Positions 17,379 through 26,034 of a stretch of DNA of 44,446 nucleotides are shown one piece after another; the first letter of the stretch is position 1, and every line of letters starts with the position of its first letter. The notes under the pieces were generated by a model. That model did no database searches, had not been told where the DNA came from, and saw only the letters and a list, made by a program, of their open reading frames with translations. The stretch comes from a candidate division WOR-3 bacterium (GTDB taxonomy: Bacteria; Hydrothermota; Tepidihabitantia; SM23-42). The translations under genes and the position numbers were made by a program. The DNA lies in contig DAOVAN010000003.1 of NCBI GenBank assembly GCA_030671005.1, positions 1 to 44,446 on the forward strand, read 5' to 3'.

Positions 17379-18635
17379 TCATTCGGTCTTCTTGAGCCTT
17401 GCTGCAAAAACACCATCCGTGTTATAATCGCACGGCAGGACTTTCAGAAAGTCATCACCCTGTGGAGTAAAATCATTTGCAGGCTCGACTACGAAATTCG
17501 GATTGCTTTTAAGAAAAAGGGTAATGACATCTTCATTCTCATCTGGCAGAATACTACACGTTGAGTATATCAACGAACCACCGACGCGCAGGTAATGGGC
17601 TGCGTTCGTCAGCAAATCATACTGGAGTTTGGCCAACCTGGTGACCACCTTTTTGTTCACACGATCCTTCACCTCGGGTCTCTTGGCAATAACACCCGCA
17701 TTCGTACAGGGCGCGTCCACCAGCACTTTGTCTACACCTTCGAGTTTGTAGTAACGCCCATCTGCGATAACCGGTCTTATGACACGAATGCCCAATCGAA
17801 CCGCGTTGTCCACCACTAACTTGAGTCGTTCATTACTGATGTCTACCGCAATGACCATGCCTTCATTTTTCATCATCTCGGCCATGTATGTTGCCTTGCT
17901 ACCGGGTGCCGAGCACAGATCGACTATCCTCTCTCCTGGCTTCGGGTCCACCAGATGGCATACCAAACCCTGTGCTTCATCATGGATAGAGATATCCCCT
18001 TGTTTCATCAGCGGACTGTTGATCACCAAGCTCAGATGGTCGACCGACTTGAATTCAGAAAACCAATTTGCCTGCTTATATTCCAAGCCACTCATTCTTA
18101 ATTTCTCTCTTGCTTCCTCAACGGTGTTTTTCAGAAGATTTATGCGTATATACGGTGTGGGGCGAATCTTGAAACATTCGATGATCTTCTCACCTTCTAC
18201 CTGATATGCATCCATGATCTTTCGAAAGACCCATGCGCGTGGTTCACGTAGCACCTGGACACGCTTATTTCGGATAACACCACGTAGCACGGCATTTATC
18301 AAACCCTTCTCCTTCAGGGTCCGACCAAAATTGACCGCTTCGTTGACGATTGCATAAATGGGAATGCGGTCAAAGAATAGATACTGGTATACAGAAATTC
18401 TGAGCACATTCTTCAGCGTCGCATCGAGCGAAAAGAAATCACCGGTCAGAGTCTCCCTGACTATCTGATCTATCTCTTCACGATGACGCAACGTACCAAA
18501 TGCCAGTTCATTAGCCAGTTGCCGATCTTCATCCTTCATTTCATTCTTCTCGTAGATCGCAGCCAGCGCGTCCTTAAGGTTTTTCCCCTCGTCTACTTCA
18601 CACAGTGCACTAATTGCCGCCTCACGCGCAGTCAT
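17379..18635 (-). CDS. rsmB: 16S rRNA m5C967 methyltransferase RsmB/Sun
   Basis: N-terminal NusB-like domain, DLCSAPGSKA, VLVDAPC, YSTCS..PDENE; follows fmt. Confidence 0.93.
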   Translation of the reverse strand: MTAREAAISALCEVDEGKNLKDALAAIYEKNEMKDEDRQLANELAFGTLRHREEIDQIVRETLTGDFFSLDATLKNVLRISVYQYLFFDRIPIYAIVNEAVNFGRTLKEKGLINAVLRGVIRNKRVQVLREPRAWVFRKIMDAYQVEGEKIIECFKIRPTPYIRINLLKNTVEEAREKLRMSGLEYKQANWFSEFKSVDHLSLVINSPLMKQGDISIHDEAQGLVCHLVDPKPGERIVDLCSAPGSKATYMAEMMKNEGMVIAVDISNERLKLVVDNAVRLGIRVIRPVIADGRYYKLEGVDKVLVDAPCTNAGVIAKRPEVKDRVNKKVVTRLAKLQYDLLTNAAHYLRVGGSLIYSTCSILPDENEDVITLFLKSNPNFVVEPANDFTPQGDDFLKVLPCDYNTDGVFAARLKKTE

Positions 18636-20068
18636 CTTAACACCTCTCCTTTCTCTATACGGTAGCCATTGATGAAATCAAGAGCCGAGATGACTTTCCT
18701 GCCCTCTGGCTTGACCTCACGCAACACGAGCGACCTGTTGCCAGCACCGACATACAATTTCTTGTCTTCCACCGCGAGCAATCCCGGTGGCAATTTCCTA
18801 TCCCCGAGTTCTGCCCGTGTTATCATCAACTCTTTCTTACGAAAACACGTTCTCGCGCCAGGTCGTGGAGACAAGGCACGTATCTGATTGTGTATCTTCA
18901 CTGCCTCTCGCTGCCAATCGATGACCAGCTCTTCCTTTTTCAACTTCGGCGCATATGATGCTTTTGCACTCTGCTGCTTCGTCGTTGGACAATTACCCGA
19001 TTCGGCCGCGCGTAGTACAGCGATGATCATACCAGCACCGAGGTTCGCAAGTTTATCGGCCAGCGAACCGAAAGTGTCATCCTTCTCGATCGGAATCTCC
19101 TGCTGGGCGAGCATGTCGCCGTGATCGATCTTTTCATCCATAAAGAAAATCGTAATTCCGGTCTTGTCCTCTCCGTCCATGATGGCTCTTTGAATAGGCG
19201 CCGCACCCCGATAGCGCGGTAACAATGATGGATGAATATTGATTCCGCCGGACCGGGCGACCTGGAGCAATCGTCTACTGAGAATATGCCCATAAGCAGA
19301 AAGCACAAATATGTCAGGCTCCATCTGCGACAACGTCTTGATGAAATCATCACTATTCGGGTCATCAGGCATATACACATTCAATCCCGCGTTCTTTGCC
19401 CACTGTGCTACTCTCGGTAGAGACGTTCGCAGTCCCCTGCCTCTGGGTCTCGGTTTTGATATGACGACACCTAAGATCTCAAACCCCTCGTGGACACACT
19501 GTGCTATTGGTAATGAGAAGTCAGTGCTGCCGAAAAGCAATATCTTCATCAAGCGTTGCGAATCCTGTGCCTTTTCTGCAATATCTTCCACGTACTTCTC
19601 TACTTTCTCTTTTTCCGTATCCGCTGCGTGATCAATAAACAGAACACCATCCAAGTGATCCAATTCATGCATCGCCGCCCGAGCCAGAATCCCGGTTAGG
19701 TCAAGGACAAAACCCTCATTGTACAAACTCTTTGCATAGACACGGACCTTCTCCGGTCGGGCGATTCTCAAATAGAGCTCAGGAAAACTCAAGCATCCTT
19801 CCTCATCTACTACTTCGCCTTCCTTATTAAGCACAACCGGGTTTATGAAAGCCACGGGCTCTGGCTGTTCTTCGCTCGGGGCTGCATTCATAACGAATAT
19901 CCTATACTCTGAACCAATCTGATTCGCCGCGAGGCCAACCCCATCTTCCTGGAGCATGATTTCTATCAATTTGTCGATCAGTTGGAAAATCTCCTCGCCA
20001 ATTTTCTCCACGGGTGCAGTTTTTTTTCTCAAGTTTGACGCCGGGTATTTCAAAACTGCAGTTGACAA
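18632..20068 (-). CDS. def-fmt: Fused peptide deformylase / methionyl-tRNA formyltransferase
   Basis: N-terminal GVGLAANQIG, EGCLS, HELDHLDG (Def); from M174 FGSTDF, INIHPSLLPRYRGAAPIQRAI, YAPKLKK, IRALSPRPGA (Fmt); no stop between; TTG start with GGAG SD. Confidence 0.92.
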   Translation of the reverse strand: MSTAVLKYPASNLRKKTAPVEKIGEEIFQLIDKLIEIMLQEDGVGLAANQIGSEYRIFVMNAAPSEEQPEPVAFINPVVLNKEGEVVDEEGCLSFPELYLRIARPEKVRVYAKSLYNEGFVLDLTGILARAAMHELDHLDGVLFIDHAADTEKEKVEKYVEDIAEKAQDSQRLMKILLFGSTDFSLPIAQCVHEGFEILGVVISKPRPRGRGLRTSLPRVAQWAKNAGLNVYMPDDPNSDDFIKTLSQMEPDIFVLSAYGHILSRRLLQVARSGGINIHPSLLPRYRGAAPIQRAIMDGEDKTGITIFFMDEKIDHGDMLAQQEIPIEKDDTFGSLADKLANLGAGMIIAVLRAAESGNCPTTKQQSAKASYAPKLKKEELVIDWQREAVKIHNQIRALSPRPGARTCFRKKELMITRAELGDRKLPPGLLAVEDKKLYVGAGNRSLVLREVKPEGRKVISALDFINGYRIEKGEVLR

Positions 20069-20112
20069 TTTCTACTCCGTGTTATTAAACTAGGACTACA
20101 AACCCTTTTACC

Positions 20113-20418
20113 TCAACTACCGCTGGGGTTCAATTTATTTGTGATGTGCCCTTTTTCTAATTCAATCTTCACACCATCTGCGATCAAAAGAGTAATGGTG
20201 TGATCTTTGATATTGGTTATCGTGCCATGGATGCCAGATGAGGTCACAACACGATCGCCTTTCTGTAAATCTGCAACCAATTGCTGATGTTTTTTCTGTT
20301 TCCTCTGCTGCGGTAGAATCAAGAGAAAATAGAAAACGACGAAAATAAGAATCAAGGGCAGCAAACCCATGATCGGATTTCCCTGTCCTGAACTCTGGCC
20401 AATTAAGAAAAAAATCAT
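20113..20418 (-). CDS. yajC: Preprotein translocase subunit YajC
   Basis: FYFLLILPQQRKQK, LQKGDRVVTSSGIHGTI; AAGGAG SD. Confidence 0.93.
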   Translation of the reverse strand: MIFFLIGQSSGQGNPIMGLLPLILIFVVFYFLLILPQQRKQKKHQQLVADLQKGDRVVTSSGIHGTITNIKDHTITLLIADGVKIELEKGHITNKLNPSGS

Positions 20419-20435
20419 AGTCAGCTCCTTTGACG

Positions 20436-20463
20436 ATTATACAGATTATAGGAGCTGAGTCAA
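20436..20463 (-). promoter_or_regulatory. Promoter of yajC-def/fmt-rsmB
   Basis: TTGACT-N16-TATAAT. Confidence 0.75.
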
Positions 20464-20474
20464 GCCATGCGCAC

Positions 20475-20588
20475 CTGGGGTCAGGTCTCTACTTTGAACA
20501 TAACACTAGTTGTTACGTAAGTAACAATCCAGGATTTTATGATTCCCTGAGGTACCTGGTTATGTTCAAAGTAGAGACCTGACCCCAG
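20475..20588. repeat. 114-bp MITE/REP-doublet-like element with perfect 30-bp terminal inverted repeats
   Basis: CTGGGGTCAGGTCTCTACTTTGAACATAAC (20475-20504) is the exact reverse complement of 20559-20588. Confidence 0.9.
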
Positions 20589-20606
20589 TAAGGAAAGGTG
20601 GAGCTA

Positions 20607-20634
20607 TTGACTTTCACCCCCTTTTCCGTAGAAT
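20607..20634 (+). promoter_or_regulatory. Promoter of nnr, probably leaderless
   Basis: TTGACT-N16-TAGAAT, 6 nt before the GTG, no SD. Confidence 0.7.
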
Positions 20635-20640
20635 TGTACT

Positions 20641-22194
20641 GTGAGAGTAGTCAGTAATGCCGAGATGGCTAAAATCGATGCCTGGACGATCAGCAAATTA
20701 GGCATTCCTGGTACTGTCCTCATGGAGAACGCAGGCCGGGGTTGTGTCGACGTGCTGGAGAATTATTTTGGGCTAGAGGACATCAAGGCATTGATCATCT
20801 GCGGCAAGGGCAACAACGGCGGCGACGGGTTGGTTGTCGCTCGGCATCTGCACAACCGTGGTGCAGAAGTGAAAATCGCACTGCTTGGCAACGAAAGTGA
20901 TTTGAAAGGCGACGCGCTCCTCAATTACAAGATCGCCAAGAAGGCAGACTACGACATAAGGCATGCCACAAACATCAATATCCTGAAGAACGTATACCGG
21001 ACATTCGCTCCGAACGTCATCATCGATGCGATATTTGGCACTGGTTTCCAAGGCACACCCAAAGGAATCTACTACGGAGCGATCGAACTAATGAACAGCG
21101 CCGAAGCATTCATTCTATCAATTGATATCCCTTCCGGTATCAACGGCGATGACGGGCAATTCCAGAAGACATGCGTCATTGCCGACGCGACCGCTACCAT
21201 GTGTCTGCCAAAGAGAGGAAACTATCTGTATCCGGGCCGGGCCTTTTGTGGAGACCTGTACACCATCGACATAGGTGTCCCCTACGAGCTCATCAACAAT
21301 GATTTTCCCCAGGTAACCGAATACGATGACATTCTTTCACTCATTCCCTATCGACCGCCCGACGGTAACAAGGGGACATTTGGTCAGGTTCTCATCGTAG
21401 CAGGCGCACGCGGTTTTTCTGGCGCTGCGGCAATGGCTGCTCACGCGGCGCTCAAGGTGGGTGCCGGGCTTGTCCGCCTGGCCGCGCCCCGAGGCATCAT
21501 AGATGCCCTCGAAGCAAAGCTGCTGGAAGTCGTCAAGATACCTCTGGAACAGACTCCGGCAGAAACCATCAGTCCAAAGGCGATAGAGAACTTACAACCT
21601 TTTCTGAAAGGCAGTGAAGCAATCGTAATCGGGCCGGGTATAACGACACATCCTGAAACCGCTGAATTCATCCATGATATCTTGCCTAAAATAGGAGTAC
21701 CCTTGATCATTGATGCCGATGCAATCAATATCGTCGCGCAAGACTCCAGTCTACTGAAGAAAATCAGGGTCCCATTCATACTGACCCCGCATCCTGGTGA
21801 ATTGGCCAGGTTGATCAATATGACACCCCGCGCGATCAACCGAAGAAGAATTGACCTGGCAATAGAGTGTGCCCGGAAGTTCAAATGCATTCTGGTACTC
21901 AAGGGAGCTCCTACCGTGATCGCCGATCCCGACGGCAAGACGTATGTGAATCCGACTGGTAATTCGGGCCTCGCTTCGGCCGGTTCTGGAGATGTCTTGG
22001 TCGGAATGATCGCCGGTTTCTTGGGACAGGGGAAATCACCACTCCATGCCGCCGTCACAGCTGTTTTCCTACACGGCTTATGTGCTGACCTCGCGATGGA
22101 GGAGAGTAACGAATATGCCCTGACTGCCAACGACCTAATCGACCAGACGCCAGGAGCGATGAATTATCTCTTAAGGAGAGAATTTGCAGATTAG
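20641..22194 (+). CDS. nnr: Bifunctional NAD(P)H-hydrate epimerase/dehydratase
   Basis: LMENAG, CGKGNNGGDG, DAIFGTG, IDIPSG, NKGTFG, IDADA, LTPHPGEL, AGSGDVL. Confidence 0.95.
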   Translation: MRVVSNAEMAKIDAWTISKLGIPGTVLMENAGRGCVDVLENYFGLEDIKALIICGKGNNGGDGLVVARHLHNRGAEVKIALLGNESDLKGDALLNYKIAKKADYDIRHATNINILKNVYRTFAPNVIIDAIFGTGFQGTPKGIYYGAIELMNSAEAFILSIDIPSGINGDDGQFQKTCVIADATATMCLPKRGNYLYPGRAFCGDLYTIDIGVPYELINNDFPQVTEYDDILSLIPYRPPDGNKGTFGQVLIVAGARGFSGAAAMAAHAALKVGAGLVRLAAPRGIIDALEAKLLEVVKIPLEQTPAETISPKAIENLQPFLKGSEAIVIGPGITTHPETAEFIHDILPKIGVPLIIDADAINIVAQDSSLLKKIRVPFILTPHPGELARLINMTPRAINRRRIDLAIECARKFKCILVLKGAPTVIADPDGKTYVNPTGNSGLASAGSGDVLVGMIAGFLGQGKSPLHAAVTAVFLHGLCADLAMEESNEYALTANDLIDQTPGAMNYLLRREFAD

Positions 22195-22200
22195 AATGTG

Positions 22201-23661
22201 ATGATAAGTTTTTTACTTTGTTTTTTGGTACACACTACCATCTATCCACAAAACGCAGTATGGGACCATTACACAATAATCCCACCCCTCGGCACCGTGA
22301 AATCAATCGCCGCCTCTAATCTGCATGTCTACGCGATCAGTGACAACTACCTTTTGTTCATAAATAAGCAGAATTTTACTTTCGAAAAGTCAGTATATTT
22401 TAATTGCGAGCCGCGTCTGGTGGGTTATGATCGTTACACCAACGACCTCTGGATAGTCTGCCGCGACACCATCATCCGCTTCACGACAACGACCTACACC
22501 CTGCGCAAGCATCCTATCACTTTCCGGGTATACAGATTTGCCATCGACGCCAGCAATCTGTATGTCGAGACTACAGTGACGACTGAAAAGTATGCCATCA
22601 ATAAAACAACGGGTGCAATATCCAGAGTCAACACCTTCCCCAAAGATCTCTATTGGTATAAGAGAACGACGGCAACTGACATCCGTAAACATCCATTCTT
22701 GAATCCATACTACTATTATGATGATGCTAATATGTCACAACTACCCTTTCAACAATATCCCATAACGGCGCTATACGATGATGGCATGTATCTCTATGTA
22801 GGCACTGACCATTATGGTATTCTAAGATACCACACAATTTCATGGCAGAGTCAACGTATTGTACACGGACCACTGGATGGATTTATCAAGAGGATAAGAA
22901 AAGACGGCGAGACGATATATTTCCTCTCCACGTCAGGACTTTCGTATTTCATACGGGACGCCAAAAACTGGCAATATCTCCGCCTGGACGACATGGCAAC
23001 CGACTTCGTTGTATTTAATAGCGATCTATTTCTCGCAACACGTAACCAAGTCATGAGGACAACTGGGGTGCTCGAATTTCCCTTTAGTGATATGCGTACC
23101 GATATTTTGTCACTGGGCACGGACGACATCAGCATGTACATCGGAACGCGTTCTGGATCGTTCAGAATATTCAAGGGTAGCAACGATGTGCTGCAATTCG
23201 GTCCGGATCGATACGCTGTATATTCTATCTACCCTACTGAAGAAGCTGTGTACTTTGGCGGGGAATTCGCATTATACAAATTCGAAAAAAGCAACGCCGA
23301 ATGGTCAACCGTGCTCAATTTCGGGATCAAGAAAATCGTGGGCATGCATGCTGGGATATACGCACTGGGCACAAACAACCAAATAATCCAATACCGGCCC
23401 GCCGGCTCTGATACGCTCGATGCTGACACCAGCTGGACACTACTGCCATATTTCAATATCTACGATGTTGACGCCGGTGATGAGGTGGTGTATTGCGCCA
23501 CCTACTCGGGCATCTATTATTACGATCCCTCAACCATGCAGTACAGAGTGATATACAATCTACCACGTATCAAGTACGACTACGTCTTTGTTGTCGAAGA
23601 TAACATACTCGCAATAACCGAGGGCACGATATATGCACTGCCCGTGGAACACCGTGATTAG
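22201..23661 (+). CDS. Exported hypothetical protein, probable beta-propeller
   Basis: Signal-peptide-like N-terminus; recurring blade-like motifs LYVGT..G, MYIGT.SG, VYFGG, VYCAT.SG. Confidence 0.65.
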   Translation: MISFLLCFLVHTTIYPQNAVWDHYTIIPPLGTVKSIAASNLHVYAISDNYLLFINKQNFTFEKSVYFNCEPRLVGYDRYTNDLWIVCRDTIIRFTTTTYTLRKHPITFRVYRFAIDASNLYVETTVTTEKYAINKTTGAISRVNTFPKDLYWYKRTTATDIRKHPFLNPYYYYDDANMSQLPFQQYPITALYDDGMYLYVGTDHYGILRYHTISWQSQRIVHGPLDGFIKRIRKDGETIYFLSTSGLSYFIRDAKNWQYLRLDDMATDFVVFNSDLFLATRNQVMRTTGVLEFPFSDMRTDILSLGTDDISMYIGTRSGSFRIFKGSNDVLQFGPDRYAVYSIYPTEEAVYFGGEFALYKFEKSNAEWSTVLNFGIKKIVGMHAGIYALGTNNQIIQYRPAGSDTLDADTSWTLLPYFNIYDVDAGDEVVYCATYSGIYYYDPSTMQYRVIYNLPRIKYDYVFVVEDNILAITEGTIYALPVEHRD

Positions 23662-23691
23662 AGCACATACCTCTCTGGGGCTTCGGCATTA

Positions 23692-24396
23692 ATGAGCGAA
23701 AAACGGACAACATTCATCGACCACCTGGAGGAACTCAGGAAGAGAATACTATATTCTGTTGCCGGCGTCGGAATATTCGCAATTGTTGGCTTCTTCTTTG
23801 CCAAGAAGTTCTTGAGCATCATAATCCAGAGGGCATCCTTGGGAACCACATACTTCTTCGCACCCGCAGAAGCTTTCATTACTCAGATCAAGGTGGCTCT
23901 GTTCTTGGGCGTGGTCATTTCCTTTCCCTTCTTGCTTTATCAAACCTGGACGTTTATCGGACCCGGATTGACCAAGAGCGAAAGAAAAATCTCATTGAGC
24001 TACATAGGTTCAGGACTAGTACTTTTCGCCGTTGGTATCTCATTCGGCTATTACATACTCATACCCTTTGGCCTCAAATTCCTGCTCTCTTTCGGCAGCG
24101 AGGCCATTCAACCCCTTATGAATATCGGAAAGTACATAAACTTTTTCCTCTGGTGTCTCTTAGGAAGCGGCTTGCTGTTCCAACTACCGCTTCTCATTTT
24201 CTTTCTGATGCGACTGGGCATCCTGGATGTCGATACAGTCAGGCGCCACAGGGCTGAAGCGATTGTCGCCATCCTTGTGCTATGTGCGGTCGTCACCCCC
24301 ACGGGTGATTTTTTTACATTGCTGTTGTTATCTGTGCCCCTATTAATACTCTTTGAGCTCAGTATCCTTGCCGCAAGGCTGTCGAAGAAGAGCTAG
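23692..24396 (+). CDS. tatC: Twin-arginine translocase subunit TatC
   Basis: HLEELRKR, YQ.W.FI.PGL...E, GLLFQLP, VTP..D, P..ILFELSI. Confidence 0.93.
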   Translation: MSEKRTTFIDHLEELRKRILYSVAGVGIFAIVGFFFAKKFLSIIIQRASLGTTYFFAPAEAFITQIKVALFLGVVISFPFLLYQTWTFIGPGLTKSERKISLSYIGSGLVLFAVGISFGYYILIPFGLKFLLSFGSEAIQPLMNIGKYINFFLWCLLGSGLLFQLPLLIFFLMRLGILDVDTVRRHRAEAIVAILVLCAVVTPTGDFFTLLLLSVPLLILFELSILAARLSKKS

Positions 24397-24456
24397 TACA
24401 TTAGAATTAAACCTTCCCACTAACCCACTGCGTCAAATTCTGTAAAAGGAGGAACA

Positions 24457-25374
24457 ATGAAGTACGCAGGCCTACTATTACTCATGCCGTTGATCCTGGC
24501 ATTCATGGTGAGTTGTACAAAGGACGAGGACGAGGCGTCGATTCAGGATCTCCTCGAGTCTTCATGGTATGTCGCAAATGGCGCCCTTCACAGTCACGAT
24601 GATAGCACAAATGTCCCCAGAGGCGGCACGAATACGCTTGACCTGGTCGATACCATACCTTATGTCAGGTGGGTACGGTGGATCGAAAGACCCGTGATCC
24701 GTGAATACGACATAGTTGTAATCGGTGACAGCGCCGATGTGACGATACGTGCCTATTTTCATGGCGCACACCCGGGCTATGGTTTCTTCGTCAATAATGA
24801 TCCCATGGGACCGGTTTACCAGCGCGCCATCGCCGACAGCGCAATTCGCAGGGTCAAACTGTGGAAGAACGAAAATGGACGCTGGCGCATCGCAAGCCTC
24901 ACCGTAGCTGATATTTACACTGAAAATACCGATCATCCCGTGACCATTAGCGAAATTAGTGCGCTCGTTGCAAGCCGGAATTACGAATTCATCGTGAATA
25001 GTACGGACACCTATTTCGAGAGAAATGAACTACCCATATTCTATCCCAGCGACACGGTTGAGGTGACTGTCACATGTAGTGCCCAAGACGATTCCACGTG
25101 GGCGTTCCTGCATCATGGCACAGGACACCGACCAGGGTTCGGGCATCATATCCGGCAGCCGTTTTACCGCGAAGACATGAACACCTTCACCCGCACCTGG
25201 ATTATCGCTCATGACAGCATCATTGTCACACCTGCAGTCAGACACAGCGCGGTCGATGTCCTGGGCTGGCAGACTCTGTTTGCTGCCGATAATGCCACAT
25301 ATTATTCACGTGCCTGGTGTCTACCCTACATTGTTTTACAGCCGGGTGAGGAATTACCCGAGGACGAAGAATAA
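24457..25374 (+). CDS. Hypothetical lipoprotein
   Basis: AAGGAGG SD; signal peptide with lipobox MVSC. Confidence 0.8.
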   Translation: MKYAGLLLLMPLILAFMVSCTKDEDEASIQDLLESSWYVANGALHSHDDSTNVPRGGTNTLDLVDTIPYVRWVRWIERPVIREYDIVVIGDSADVTIRAYFHGAHPGYGFFVNNDPMGPVYQRAIADSAIRRVKLWKNENGRWRIASLTVADIYTENTDHPVTISEISALVASRNYEFIVNSTDTYFERNELPIFYPSDTVEVTVTCSAQDDSTWAFLHHGTGHRPGFGHHIRQPFYREDMNTFTRTWIIAHDSIIVTPAVRHSAVDVLGWQTLFAADNATYYSRAWCLPYIVLQPGEELPEDEE

Positions 25375-25382
25375 CATATCAC

Positions 25383-25408
25383 GGAAGGGGCATTGGAATG
25401 CCCCTTCC
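25383..25408 (+). terminator. Terminator-like hairpin after the lipoprotein gene
   Basis: GGAAGGGGCATT-GG-AATGCCCCTTCC, 8 nt after the stop; U-tract weak. Confidence 0.6.
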
Positions 25409-25459
25409 CTTCACACCCCACACCTCGTGTCGCACTCTTAGACCCTGGGACTTTTGACT

Positions 25460-25664
25460 CTTCGACTCTGTAACTCCTGCTCTATCTCACCCCGCACCTT
25501 TTCTGACGCCAAAACTTCAACCCTATGATATCTTCGTACGGCATGCGTGATTCAGTTCCCATAACCCAAAAAACTGTGAAGTAAGGGTTCGGATGAAACT
25601 CTTCGACTTTTCGACCCTTCGACTCTGTAACTCCTGCTCTATCTCACCCCGCACCTTTTCTGAC
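25460..25664. repeat. Perfect 48-bp direct repeat, 157 bp apart
   Basis: CTTCGACTCTGTAACTCCTGCTCTATCTCACCCCGCACCTTTTCTGAC at 25460-25507 and 25617-25664. Confidence 0.92.
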
Positions 25665-25866
25665 ACTGAAACCTCAACCGTACACCGTTTTACGCGGTGT
25701 ACACAATGCATTTCGAGGTATCCAAAGAAGCCCTCAAACAAAGGTGCGGGGTCTCCGCTACGCTCCGATATCCCGCACGAATTTTGCTCAAATCACTGAT
25801 TTGGTTGTAAAATTCAGTGTCCCGAATCTCTCCGAGATGAGGGGAATCCCGTATCACGTATTTTCC

Positions 25867-25895
25867 TTGACTTTGGAGTACTTTTGCAATATAAT
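25867..25895 (+). promoter_or_regulatory. Promoter of the tRNA-Ala operon
   Basis: TTGACT-N17-TATAAT. Confidence 0.85.
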
Positions 25896-25932
25896 TTCTT
25901 TAAATTAAGTTTAGATTAAGTGACTAATATCC

Positions 25933-26005
25933 GGGGCCGTAGCCCAGTTGGGAGAGCGCTTGACTGGCAGTCAAGAGGTCACGGGTTCGAATCCCGTCGG
26001 CTCCA
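25933..26005 (+). tRNA. tRNA-Ala(GGC), CCA not encoded
   Basis: Acceptor stem GGGGCCG/CGGCTCC with G3:U70, anticodon arm CTTGA-CTGGCAG-TCAAG, T-arm ACGGG-TTCGAAT-CCCGT, discriminator A. Confidence 0.97.
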
Positions 26006-26034
26006 TAATGAAAATAAGCGAAATGGAGGCAAAG

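Noticed and set aside
20477-20586. Tn3-family MITE (GGGG ends)
   Set aside because: No 5-bp target-site duplication (CACCT versus AGTAA) and the arms are not 38 bp; kept only as a generic inverted-repeat element.
21441-22130. 229-aa antisense ORF
   Set aside because: Shadow of nnr with no recognisable motifs; the same applies to the many short ORFs antisense to dcw genes, purH and secY (e.g. 43137-43706).
25523-25799. Short ORFs within the repeat mosaic
   Set aside because: No SD and no protein motifs; they are translations of repeats.
25948-26034. TPR ORF start inside the tRNA gene
   Set aside because: Overlaps tRNA-Ala; the GGAGG SD and signal peptide define ATG 26035.
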